A DNA stretch of 64,000 nt from an uncultured Bacteroidales bacterium (GTDB lineage: Bacteria; Bacteroidota; Bacteroidia; Bacteroidales; VadinHA17). A program made the translations under genes and the position numbers. Below the pieces are notes generated by a model. That model was not told the origin of the DNA. It made no database searches and saw nothing but the letters and a program-made list of their open reading frames with translations. Below, piece after piece: positions 10,734 through 19,953 of this stretch (position 1 is its first letter; each line of letters begins with the position of its first letter). The DNA is taken from contig CAVPCP010000025.1 of assembly GCA_963702415.1 (NCBI GenBank), positions 29,973 to 93,972 of the forward strand, in the 5' to 3' direction.

Positions 10734-11699
10734 TTAACGTGGCCCGGCTTTTTCGTACCTTCCTTTTATATTTTCATCATAGCCATCAAGACCTCTTTCA
10801 ACAGGAAACATTCTCTGGGTCGGTGGCAGGTAGAAAACACTTGGCAATGTCCCCAGTTCTTCACGGTATCTGAAACCGGCCCTGTCGTTCATCAGCTTGC
10901 TGAATCGGACAGTCTCTTCTCCATTTGTAACTGTATCTTCAAGAAGATCCCCGAAGTAGATAACTCCCATCGGACATGCGGTTACACAACGCGGAAGCAG
11001 ATTCTTCCGGAGGTTATCGGCACAGAATACACATTTTCCGACAGTTCCTTCCACCGGAGGGATATTGGTCTCTGGATCATATACATGCCCTTCGGGTAAT
11101 TTAACTTCCGGATCTTTCCAGTTGAATACTCTTGCAGAATAAGGGCAACCAGTCATACAGAATTTGCAGCCAATGCACCTTTGATTATCTACAAGTACAA
11201 TTCCATCAGCACGCTTGTATGTTGCACCAACAGGGCAAACGCTTACACACATCGGTTTATCGCAGTGAAAGCAAGGTCTCGGGAACCAGTATTTTGAAGT
11301 GTTGTTATCATCCTGAAGAAGGTATAGTTTAATCCATTCATGGTCTTTTGGGAGCATATGACCTTCCTGACAGGCATCGACGCATTTTCTGGCATTTTTG
11401 CACTTTGCCAGGTCGATTACCATAACGAATTTCCTGTATGGCAATCCCTTTCTTGCTTCCTCCTTAAGTTCTGCAACAATTTCGCGGGATGGCCTGATAT
11501 CATCCTTATCGACTTCAACAAGTTTACCTTCAGGCGATAAAAGCTTAATCTTAACGCCTGATTTTGTACCACTTTCGTGATTCATGCCTGCAGAACCTGC
11601 AACACCTGCAAGCGTTACAGCACCAACTCCGGCACTCATCTTTTTGAGGAATCCGCGCCGTGATGATTTTCCTGATTTTTCCGGGTCTTTACCTTTCAT
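10734..11699 (-). CDS. Tat-exported NrfC/DmsB-like 4Fe-4S protein
   Basis: SRRGFLK Tat motif; CKNARKC..C, CFHC..PMCVSVCP, CIGCKFCMTGCP, KCVFC..PRCVTACP. Confidence 0.92.
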   Translation of the reverse strand: MKGKDPEKSGKSSRRGFLKKMSAGVGAVTLAGVAGSAGMNHESGTKSGVKIKLLSPEGKLVEVDKDDIRPSREIVAELKEEARKGLPYRKFVMVIDLAKCKNARKCVDACQEGHMLPKDHEWIKLYLLQDDNNTSKYWFPRPCFHCDKPMCVSVCPVGATYKRADGIVLVDNQRCIGCKFCMTGCPYSARVFNWKDPEVKLPEGHVYDPETNIPPVEGTVGKCVFCADNLRKNLLPRCVTACPMGVIYFGDLLEDTVTNGEETVRFSKLMNDRAGFRYREELGTLPSVFYLPPTQRMFPVERGLDGYDENIKGRYEKAGPR

Positions 11700-11702
11700 T
11701 TC

Positions 11703-12326
11703 TTAGTCATTGTGATTTTCCGGTTCATGGTAGCCTGAAACCATACTTTTAAAAAGGGAAGTCGGACGTGCGCCGAGTGTACAGGTATAAATATGAATTA
11801 TCATAAATACAGATAAGAAAAATCCCATCGTAATATGAAGAATATCTGTAAGTATCATTCCGCTGATCCCGATAAACCGGTTTATGACAGTTTCAGGGAA
11901 AAGTAACCCCAGCCCCGAGATTATAAGCAGGGGTACAGCAACATACATCGCAAGAAAATAGGAGAGTTTCTGTAACGGATTGAATTTTTGTTCCAGTGTT
12001 ACCGGAAATGGATGTTTCTGCCCTTTAAAAATCCCGAATGCATAATACTTAACCTGGGTTGTCAAATCTGCGAGGAAATTCTTTTTTTCAATTTTGTAGT
12101 ACCTGCCGTTTCCCGAAAGGATATTACCTGTTACAAAAATTATATAATTTATGGTAAGAAGTATCGCAGCAATATTATGCCATTTTACCGCTCTGGCAAA
12201 ACCGACCATCAGAATGTAATCCTTCATGTCAGTATACTGCATGCTGATACCGGTTACGATCAAAACAAGGAAAAGGATCGCATTAAACAGATGCCATAAC
12301 CTTACCCATATAGGATATAGATACAT
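11703..12326 (-). CDS. di-heme cytochrome b membrane subunit (FdnI/HydC/PhsC type)
   Basis: Four TM helices with His in RLWH, WHN, ILHI and IHIY; KFNPLQKLSY motif. Confidence 0.9.
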   Translation of the reverse strand: MYLYPIWVRLWHLFNAILFLVLIVTGISMQYTDMKDYILMVGFARAVKWHNIAAILLTINYIIFVTGNILSGNGRYYKIEKKNFLADLTTQVKYYAFGIFKGQKHPFPVTLEQKFNPLQKLSYFLAMYVAVPLLIISGLGLLFPETVINRFIGISGMILTDILHITMGFFLSVFMIIHIYTCTLGARPTSLFKSMVSGYHEPENHND

Positions 12327-12338
12327 TTTCGTTTGTTT

Positions 12339-13318
12339 TTATTTTCTGATAACCCTGAAATAAATATGTACAATAATAATTATCAATACAATGCCAGTTA
12401 TGAGAAGGCTTATAATATTAAGATACTCATTCCTGTTTGCACCGATTACATATGACTGGTTCAGGATTATTCCATTAAGAAATCCATCCTGCCGTTGTTC
12501 TTTTGACTGGAATTTATAAAGTGATGACATTAGTAATGAGTTCCTGGAGTGACATTCATTGCACCCTTTTACTGCTTCCTCCTTTGGCTTGATAAGATGT
12601 GCAACAAGAATAGTATCATTGACCATCGTATGGCATTCAATGCATCTGACACTTTTAAAATGGGTTTCCTGATTTGGCAGCCATTCATGTTTCTTTAGAA
12701 TGTTTATCTCTTCTTTCTCGGATAATAACTGGAACTGGTCATAATGTGAGTGACACCTCAGACATATGTTATTATCGTAAAGAATTGTCTCCTTCAGATT
12801 TGAAGTGTTCCGGATACTGATTTTGTAGTCATGCGGTCCATGGCATTTCCAGCAGGAAAAACCTTCTTCTTCTAATTTAAAATGAGAACTCTTCTGGTAT
12901 TCAGATTCTATTTCTTCAAAATTAAACTGAGCAAATTTTTCATCATTTCCATGGCAGTCAATGCAATTGTACATCTGTTCCATCCGTAGTTCCCCGGAAT
13001 GCGGGAAGTTTTCATAATCGGAGGAATGACAATCGGTACAACTGAAACTTTTATGGTTTGACTGATAAAACTTATCCCTGTTAATTATCCTTTCTGAAAA
13101 CATTGATGCCTTAACCATGGCGTCCAAGGTTTTCATTATTATACTCATACTTATTCTGTCCGTGACATTTAAAACAGCGCTCATTATCTTCGTAAAAAGG
13201 AGATTTAAAGGATACTGTATCCTGCGTACCAGTTTGTTTATTGTAAAAAACCGATCCGTTTACTGAAATATTTGAAATTAAAGTGACAAACAAAACAAAA
13301 AGAACATGTCTGAACATT
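12339..13318 (-). CDS. membrane-anchored heptaheme cytochrome c (one frameshift near 13120)
   Basis: N-terminal ORF has a signal and CFKCH; C-terminal ORF has CTDCH, CIDCH, CWKCH, CLRCH, CIECH, CNECH, then YVIGANR and a TM helix containing His. Confidence 0.88.
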
Positions 13319-13349
13319 GTTAAACTTATCACGTGCTTTTAAAATTAGT

Positions 13350-14213
13350 TTAGAATCTCACTGTAATATTAAACCCTACAAGATATTCCCAATCTGTAAG
13401 GGCATTTGTATTATATAGCAGATTGTACTGGTTTATAATGTTCGAATAATTTGTGACGAAAACCTGGAACGAGTGAGTAGCTGTGCCTATTTCCCAGCCC
13501 AGTGACAGGCTTGGTTTTGGCTGTTCATCAAGATCCTGTTTTGTCAGAAGCTGATCATATTCAAAAATTAACGAATGAGAACCAAAAAGATTTGCCCGGC
13601 CTCCTGCCGATACCCCGAAATTGAGGTTCTTATAACTTGATTCATTAGAATACTGGGGCACCGCATTGAAATAGATAACTGACGGTGCCAACTGGAAGGA
13701 GAATTTTTCACTGAACTTACGGGCCAGGATCAGTTGCGTAAAATACGATAACCGGTGTATGAACCTGTACCTTTCCTCCGGACCGAAAGCATCCTGATCG
13801 CGAAGGTCAAGCACAAGATTTCCATAATATGAAAGAGAAACGGGCATACTGTTATCTTCCGTTTGCTGAAGAATCAGATATTTCCATTGAAGGTCCTGGA
13901 GCTTATAATCCTTTGTTGTTCCTGCTCCAATCATTATTCTGTCAGTTATTCCGTAATTCAAACCCAGCCGTGTATTTGCAGCGCCATAAATTCCAAAAAG
14001 ATTATCAATGTTTTCAATCAGACTGAACCTGTGATGTATCTGAAATTCAAGCCCTCCCTTGTAAGGAGTTGCAACTGTCTGATTCTCAATAAGTGTACCA
14101 GTACCAAATGTGAATCGTACAGGTTTGGATTTTTCAGGTGCCGGGGCCTCCTCCTGAGCTGATAATGAAACCATGAAGGCCGATAACAGCAACAATAAAA
14201 AAGTCTTTTTCAT
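13350..14213 (-). CDS. outer-membrane beta-barrel protein (DUF5777-like)
   Basis: Signal peptide, alternating amphipathic strands, EFQIHHRF / HSFQVF motifs, and terminal GFNITVRF BAM signal. Confidence 0.8.
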   Translation of the reverse strand: MKKTFLLLLLSAFMVSLSAQEEAPAPEKSKPVRFTFGTGTLIENQTVATPYKGGLEFQIHHRFSLIENIDNLFGIYGAANTRLGLNYGITDRIMIGAGTTKDYKLQDLQWKYLILQQTEDNSMPVSLSYYGNLVLDLRDQDAFGPEERYRFIHRLSYFTQLILARKFSEKFSFQLAPSVIYFNAVPQYSNESSYKNLNFGVSAGGRANLFGSHSLIFEYDQLLTKQDLDEQPKPSLSLGWEIGTATHSFQVFVTNYSNIINQYNLLYNTNALTDWEYLVGFNITVRF

Positions 14214-14240
14214 TTTATCTGGTTTTAGGATTATTTTTAA

Positions 14241-14618
14241 TTAATTGTTTTGTGCGCCCTGATCGATCCAGTTATAAATCAGTTGTTTTTCAGGATCGAT
14301 TGTAAAGGATGTATGATTGGATGAAGTAATCTTCTTATAGAGTCTGCTGTCGGCTGCCGGAAGATTTACATACCCTCCTGTGGTAAGCGACTCATAGGAA
14401 TTACCATCTCTCAGGTCAGGATCACGTGAGCCTTTATGACAAGTGATGCAGTTATCATTGAATATTGGCTGAACCTGGGTCTGAAACAAGACCGTTTCCC
14501 CCGGATCGACTTCCTCCTGGACAATTTTATATTCTTCACAGGATGAAAAGAAGATCATACATGCCGGAATTAATAATGCCGTCATAGCCCTCCAAAACAA
14601 TTTCGTTCTTATTTTCAT
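14241..14618 (-). CDS. monoheme cytochrome c lipoprotein
   Basis: Lipobox FSS-C followed by EEYK; FQTQVQPIFNDNCITCH; C-terminal WIDQGAQNN. Confidence 0.85.
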   Translation of the reverse strand: MKIRTKLFWRAMTALLIPACMIFFSSCEEYKIVQEEVDPGETVLFQTQVQPIFNDNCITCHKGSRDPDLRDGNSYESLTTGGYVNLPAADSRLYKKITSSNHTSFTIDPEKQLIYNWIDQGAQNN

Positions 14619-14643
14619 TATTTAATTACTGTTAATTTATTCA

Positions 14644-14740
14644 CAAAGATATCGGGATTACTGACTAATAGAATATTACAGCCATTATTTTTGTATCCTA
14701 TTCCATGCTGTTTATCATATAAGAAATTGATCTATGTCAT
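14644..14740 (-). promoter_or_regulatory. promoter of cytochrome operon: -7 box plus two Fnr-like sites
   Basis: Minus-strand TATCTTTG at 14644-14651; TTGATCTATGTCAT at 14727-14740 and ATGCTGTTTATCAT at 14705-14718 match or approach TGA-N6-TCA. Confidence 0.6.
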
Positions 14741-14800
14741 TCACGATGATGATATATGCTTGTTACCTGCTACCAGGGGAAAGTTAAACCTGTCATGATA

Positions 14801-14909
14801 ATTTCGGATTTCGGATTTGTGATTTCGGATTTCAAATCCGAACTCGGCAACCCGGATATTTATTTAAATCCGCAGTCAAAAATCCGCAATCCGCAATTAG
14901 CATCCGCAA
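14801..14909. repeat. heptamer tandem repeats in inverted arms (ATTTCGG / AATCCGC)
   Basis: atttcgg-atttcgg-atttgtg-atttcgg-atttc followed by aatccgc-agtcaaa..aatccgc-aatccgc, just 3' of the acyl-CoA dehydrogenase gene. Confidence 0.75.
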
Positions 14910-14916
14910 AGACATC

Positions 14917-16695
14917 CTAAAAGTTATAAAAGTTATCCTCAATAAGCTTATCGGCTATCCGCCTTCGTGCGTCCTTAATATTTATTCCTTTTACCTTAGC
15001 CAGTATTTCAATGGCACTGACCAGTCCTGGCATTGATTCCGGGGAGGCAAAAGAACAGACAGCATCCATTGCTGATTTTCTGACTATGTCGGATGTATCA
15101 TAGATATTTACGTCGAGCATATCTTTATAAACTGATACATGACCCTTTAATGCTTCAAGTTTTTCAACACGCAATGCAAGTGATTCGGAAAGATATGTTT
15201 CCATCATCATTTCGGCAATATTGTTCATTACCTCCTGCTCGCTGACAAGATTCTTGCCAAATTGACTGACTGCCCCATGCATGCAAAGAAGGATTATCTT
15301 CTTGAAATTCCTTGTATACCTCTTTTTTTCCTGGAAATATGACTCCTCTGAATTTTTTCCGTCGGTTATTTCATCCAGTTCATTATATAGTTTCTCAGCC
15401 TCTCCGAAAAGGTTAAAATCACCTTTCATGGCGCGTTTCATTGCAGTATCAGAAACCAGAAGCCGGTTGATCTCGTTTGTTCCTTCGAAGATCCTGTTTA
15501 TTCTCGAATCACGGTACCCTCTTTCCACATCCATTTCAGCTGAATATCCCATACCTCCATAAATCTGAACAGCTTCATCAGCAATAAAATCAAGCATTTC
15601 AGAACCGACTACCTTCAGGATTGCAGCTTCGACTGCATAATGGCTTATGGCCTCAATGGCGGCCCTTCCTTTGTCGCCGCATTCTGATTTCATCTTTTCC
15701 ATCAGATCATCAATATCACTGCTTACCCTGTAGACAGCTGATTCTGACGCAAAAAGTCTGATTACCTGTTCAGCAAGCTTATGTTTTATGGCTCCGAAAG
15801 TTGAGATCAGAACCCCGAACTGCTTGCGCTCATTGGCGTATTTCACCGAATCGTTAATCGCTTTCTTTGCAGCTCCAAGGACATTGGCACCAAGCTTCAG
15901 CCTTCCCATATGAAGAATGCTAAGAGCAATCCTGAAACCTTCGCCTCTTTTTCCAAGGAGATTTTCAACAGGGACATTAACATCGTTAAAATAGATCTGA
16001 GCTGTCGAAGATCCCTTTATACCCATCTTGTGCTCATCAGGACCAATCACCACACCGGGATATTTGCTTTCAATAATGAAGGCGCTCAGTACCCTGTCGT
16101 TGTCAATTTTTGCAAAAACGACAAGAGTATCTGCAAATCCGGCATTGGTGATCCACATCTTTTGCCCGTTAATTATATAGTGTTTACTGTCGTCCGAAAG
16201 CTTCGCGTTTGTTTTTCCTGAATTAGCATCACTGCCTGCACCTGGTTCTGTAAGGCAATAAGCGCCAATCAATTCACCGGTAGCAAGTTTCGTAACGTAC
16301 CGCTGCCTCTGATCTTCATTCCCGTAGTACATTATCGGCAGTGTTCCAATACCGCAATGAGCCATATAAGCTACTGAAAATGAATAACCTGCACCTGTCG
16401 TTTCAGCAACAAGCATTTGGGTAACAAAATTCTGTCCGAACCCGCCGTATTCTTCGGGTATGGAAATTCCCAGCATCCCAAGATCTCCGGATTTCTTCAG
16501 GATGATTTTCATAAGCTCCCGGTCGCTTTTCTCAAGCGCCTCCATGCTGGGATAAACTTCAGCCTCAAGAAAATCCTTGCATGACTGGGCAATCATTCTC
16601 TGTTCCTCGTTAAATTCTTCGGGAATAAAAATATCCTTTGCTTCAATTTCATTAACAAGGAATTCTCCGCTTTTCAAGATTTTTCTGGTCTCCAT
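14917..16695 (-). CDS. acyl-CoA dehydrogenase (long, FadE/VLCAD-like)
   Basis: AYCLTEPGAGSDA, NGQKMWITN, KMGIKGSST, ERKQFG, GGMGYS, RIFEGTNEINR. Confidence 0.95.
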   Translation of the reverse strand: METRKILKSGEFLVNEIEAKDIFIPEEFNEEQRMIAQSCKDFLEAEVYPSMEALEKSDRELMKIILKKSGDLGMLGISIPEEYGGFGQNFVTQMLVAETTGAGYSFSVAYMAHCGIGTLPIMYYGNEDQRQRYVTKLATGELIGAYCLTEPGAGSDANSGKTNAKLSDDSKHYIINGQKMWITNAGFADTLVVFAKIDNDRVLSAFIIESKYPGVVIGPDEHKMGIKGSSTAQIYFNDVNVPVENLLGKRGEGFRIALSILHMGRLKLGANVLGAAKKAINDSVKYANERKQFGVLISTFGAIKHKLAEQVIRLFASESAVYRVSSDIDDLMEKMKSECGDKGRAAIEAISHYAVEAAILKVVGSEMLDFIADEAVQIYGGMGYSAEMDVERGYRDSRINRIFEGTNEINRLLVSDTAMKRAMKGDFNLFGEAEKLYNELDEITDGKNSEESYFQEKKRYTRNFKKIILLCMHGAVSQFGKNLVSEQEVMNNIAEMMMETYLSESLALRVEKLEALKGHVSVYKDMLDVNIYDTSDIVRKSAMDAVCSFASPESMPGLVSAIEILAKVKGINIKDARRRIADKLIEDNFYNF

Positions 16696-16736
16696 TTCGG
16701 TTATTTAAAAATTAAGTAATTCATTTTACAATTTTG

Positions 16737-16844
16737 TTTGCCCCCAACCCCCTGAAGGGGGCTAAACCCATTGCTTTTACTACCAACTCATTTGCCCCCA
16801 ACCCCCTGAAGGGGGCTTAATCCAATGCTTTCACCACCAATTCA
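16737..16844. repeat. 54-bp tandem duplication containing a REP-like hairpin and the 3' end of the Fe-S oxidoreductase gene
   Basis: Units 16737-16790 and 16791-16844 share TTTGCCCCCAACCCCCTGAAGGGGGCT exactly and differ at 6 positions in the remainder. Confidence 0.85.
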
Positions 16845-18910
16845 GCTATATCCAAATTCTTTATCTCCTCCTCCTTATTCTTGTACTTCAACCCGTCGGT
16901 CATCATTGTCATGCAAAAAGGGCATGCAGTTGCAATAACAGAGGCTCTGGTCTCAAGTGCTTCTTCGGTTCTTTCGATAAATATCTCCTTATCCCCTTTC
17001 TCTGCTTCTTTAAACATCTGGGCTCCTCCTGCCCCGCAGCATAATGCAAAGCTATTATTCCTCTTCATTTCTAAAAGGTTAGAGTTAAGAGATTTAATAA
17101 TTGAGCGTGGCTCAGAATAAATATCATTTGCCCTTCCAAGGTAACAGGGATCATGGTAAGTAATATTAATATCCCTGAGGATTTTTGTATTAAGTTTAAG
17201 CCGGCCCTCTTCAATATTTTTGCTTATAAACCTGAGATAATTTATAACCTCGTAATTTCCGCCCAGATCGGGATATTCATTCGAAAAAATATTAAAACAG
17301 TGCGGACATGTGGTTATGATCTTTTTGATATCGTACCGCTTAAGTATTTCAATTACCTGCAGCGCCTGCATCTGGTAAAGCATTTCATTGCCAGCCCTGC
17401 GGGCAGGATCGCCTGTACAGGTCTCTTCCTTACCCAGCACAGCATAGCTGACATTCAGTTTGTCAAGTATCATTGCAAAGGCTCTGACCACCTTTTTATA
17501 TCTGTCATCAAAAGCTCCTGCACATCCTACCCAGAACAGATATTCAGGCTTATCATCACCTTCTTCTATTTCAGAAAATACAGGCACTTTAAATCCCAGG
17601 TCCTTTGTCCAGATTAATCTGTCCTCAGCTGAGTACTGCCAAGGCGCACCGTTATTTTCGATATTGTTAAAAACACCCTTTAATTCCCCGGGAGCTGAAG
17701 CTTCCTCCAGTACAAGGTATCTGCGCATATCTACAATCAGTGAAGGATGGTTAATATTTATCGGACACTCTTTTGCACAAGCGTTGCAGGTTGTACATGC
17801 CCAGAGCTCCTCTTCCGATATATAGTCTCTTAAAAGGGACCTGTTATCATTGAAATCCTTTCCGTTTCTGATCAAAAGAGGACCCTTCTCCTTCATTCTT
17901 GCACGAAGATCCATCATGATTTTTCGTGGCGACAATTTCTTTCCCGTAATACTTGCAGGGCATACTGATGTGCATCTGCCGCATTCAGTGCATGAGAGAG
18001 AATCAAAATAGTTTTTCCATGTTGCATCATCAGCGTCTTTAACTCCAAACCGTTCTACAGGAGTATCGGCTGGTGCTGCAGAGAAAGCTGTGTCGGGATT
18101 GAGCATCATTTTTACCTCCCTTGTAATATTGTCCATATTTGTCAGCTTTCCAAGAGGTTCAAGCCTCGAAAGAAAAACATTTGGGACCGACATGAAAACA
18201 TGAAAATGCTTTGAATACGGGAGGTAGTTTGCAAAAACAAATATCAGTAGTATGTGAGCCCACCAGGAAATATCGTGAAGCAGTCTGAAGTTTTCCGGAG
18301 AGATTCCCGACAGGTAACCGGCTATCAAACTGCTGACAGGATAGACGCCGTATAACTCTCCTCCGGTTGAGGCCTGATAACCTGAATAACCGGTATTCAT
18401 CGACAGAAGGGTGATCATCAACAGCAGAATAAGCGATAGTGCAACAGCTGCATCAAGATGCGATCTTCTTTTCATCTCAATGCCTTCAAATCTGCTGATG
18501 TGCAGGAAAAGACGTCTTACCAGGAATATGATAATTGAAACAGCAACAAGAAGTGCAAAAATATCACCTGAAGCAATAATAAAATTGTAGACCGGACCAA
18601 GAAAATGGAGAGCCCTTTCTGTCCCTGTCAATCCATCAACGACCATTTCAGCACTGCCAATCAGAATCACACAAAAACCCCAGAAGACCAGTGCATGGAA
18701 GAATCCTATTACGGGACGGCGAAAAATTTTTGTCTGGCCAAAGGCCACCTGCATCATCACCCTGAATCTTTTTCCCGGATTCTTTACGGAAAATCCCGAT
18801 TTTGTGAAACTGAAGAATTTTAAAATCCTCCTTACAGTAAAGATGAATACTCCTAATGTTATGAGTAGTGCAATTGCGAATATTATCTGCCGGGTCATAG
18901 AGTGTATCAA
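16817..18910 (-). CDS. fadF: membrane Fe-S oxidoreductase FadF / ETF:menaquinone oxidoreductase (EMO)-like
   Basis: N-terminal TM domain with His, PYSKHFH, CTECGRCTSVCP, CTTCNACAKECP, and CCG domains (CTGDPARR, YHDPCYLGR, CCGAGG, ACPFC); adjacent to etfAB. Confidence 0.9.
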   Translation of the reverse strand: MIHSMTRQIIFAIALLITLGVFIFTVRRILKFFSFTKSGFSVKNPGKRFRVMMQVAFGQTKIFRRPVIGFFHALVFWGFCVILIGSAEMVVDGLTGTERALHFLGPVYNFIIASGDIFALLVAVSIIIFLVRRLFLHISRFEGIEMKRRSHLDAAVALSLILLLMITLLSMNTGYSGYQASTGGELYGVYPVSSLIAGYLSGISPENFRLLHDISWWAHILLIFVFANYLPYSKHFHVFMSVPNVFLSRLEPLGKLTNMDNITREVKMMLNPDTAFSAAPADTPVERFGVKDADDATWKNYFDSLSCTECGRCTSVCPASITGKKLSPRKIMMDLRARMKEKGPLLIRNGKDFNDNRSLLRDYISEEELWACTTCNACAKECPININHPSLIVDMRRYLVLEEASAPGELKGVFNNIENNGAPWQYSAEDRLIWTKDLGFKVPVFSEIEEGDDKPEYLFWVGCAGAFDDRYKKVVRAFAMILDKLNVSYAVLGKEETCTGDPARRAGNEMLYQMQALQVIEILKRYDIKKIITTCPHCFNIFSNEYPDLGGNYEVINYLRFISKNIEEGRLKLNTKILRDINITYHDPCYLGRANDIYSEPRSIIKSLNSNLLEMKRNNSFALCCGAGGAQMFKEAEKGDKEIFIERTEEALETRASVIATACPFCMTMMTDGLKYKNKEEEIKNLDIAELVVKALD

Positions 18911-18923
18911 TATTATAGTTATT

Positions 18924-18950
18924 GTACGGGCATAGCATGCTATGCCCCGC
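18924..18950. repeat. REP-like palindrome
   Basis: GTAC followed by the perfect 20-bp palindrome GGGCATAGCATGCTATGCCC (18928-18947) between etfA and fadF. Confidence 0.65.
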
Positions 18951-18959
18951 CCCTTCCAT

Positions 18960-19928
18960 CTACCTTTTCAGATTTTTCACAGCATCCACCAATTTTGGCA
19001 GAACCTTCATTGCATCACCGACAATCCCGTACTGGGCTGCCTCAAAAATCGGAGCATCCTTATCAGTATTGATTGCTGCTATATATTTTGATGAGCTTAT
19101 CCCCGCTAAATGCTGTGTCGCTCCTGAGATACCGACTGCAATATAGAGGTTGGGTGCGATAATTTTCCCGGTCTGGCCGGTATGTTCTTCATGTGGTCTC
19201 CACCCCTCATCGGAAACAGGCCTCGAACATGCTGTTGCCCCTTTAAGAAGTGAAGCGAGTTCAACCAGGGGGGCCCAGTTATCGGGCGATTTCATTCCTC
19301 TTCCTCCTGAAACCACCACATCTGCATCAGTGAGCACTATTTTACCTGTTTGTTTTATCGTTTCAGTAACAGTTGTTTTAATCGATGAACCATCAATTGC
19401 AACCTCCACTGTTTCAGGAACAGCACCTGTAGGTTTTTCAATCAGATCAAATGAGTTCTGGGCTAAAGTAAGAATCCTGATATCAGACCTGATAACAACA
19501 TTTGCAAAGGCATTGCCGGAATATGCTCTTTTACGGACTGTAAAAGGTTCAAGACTCAGAGGCAGTTTGCTGACACCAGTTCCAATCCCCGCCCTGAGCC
19601 TTACTGACAATCTCGGAGAAATTGCTTTTCCGGTTATATTATTCGAAAAGATGATAACATTTGAGCCCTCTTTCAGGGCTATGTCGGCAATGACTTTGGT
19701 ATACGCCTGGTTATCAAGCACCATAAGCTGATCACTGGTCACATTAATAATCTTTTCAGCTCCGTAATTACCAAGCTTTTTCAATTCATCCACGTCAGCC
19801 TTGCCAATTGATAATGCTGTAACGTTTGTTTTAAGCATTTCAGCAACTGATGATGCATAGGAAACCAGCTCATAAGAGAGTTTCTTGAATTTCCCTTCCC
19901 AGTTTTCGGTATATACTAATACTGACAT
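18960..19928 (-). CDS. etfA: electron transfer flavoprotein alpha subunit
   Basis: VVSGGRG, GQTGK, LYIAVGISGATQHLAG, AINTDKDAPIF. Confidence 0.96.
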   Translation of the reverse strand: MSVLVYTENWEGKFKKLSYELVSYASSVAEMLKTNVTALSIGKADVDELKKLGNYGAEKIINVTSDQLMVLDNQAYTKVIADIALKEGSNVIIFSNNITGKAISPRLSVRLRAGIGTGVSKLPLSLEPFTVRKRAYSGNAFANVVIRSDIRILTLAQNSFDLIEKPTGAVPETVEVAIDGSSIKTTVTETIKQTGKIVLTDADVVVSGGRGMKSPDNWAPLVELASLLKGATACSRPVSDEGWRPHEEHTGQTGKIIAPNLYIAVGISGATQHLAGISSSKYIAAINTDKDAPIFEAAQYGIVGDAMKVLPKLVDAVKNLKR

Positions 19929-19953
19929 ATGGTTTGGTGTTTTTTGAATATTT

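Noticed and set aside
8027-13318. Alternative complex III (ActABCDEF) or Qrc
   Set aside because: No molybdopterin-like ActB/QrcB domain, no second NrfD-like ActF and no adjacent oxidase; a separate cytochrome b and an OM barrel are present instead.
16737-16844. Mini CRISPR array
   Set aside because: Only two units, the would-be spacers are homologous to each other and to the fadF end, and there are no cas genes.
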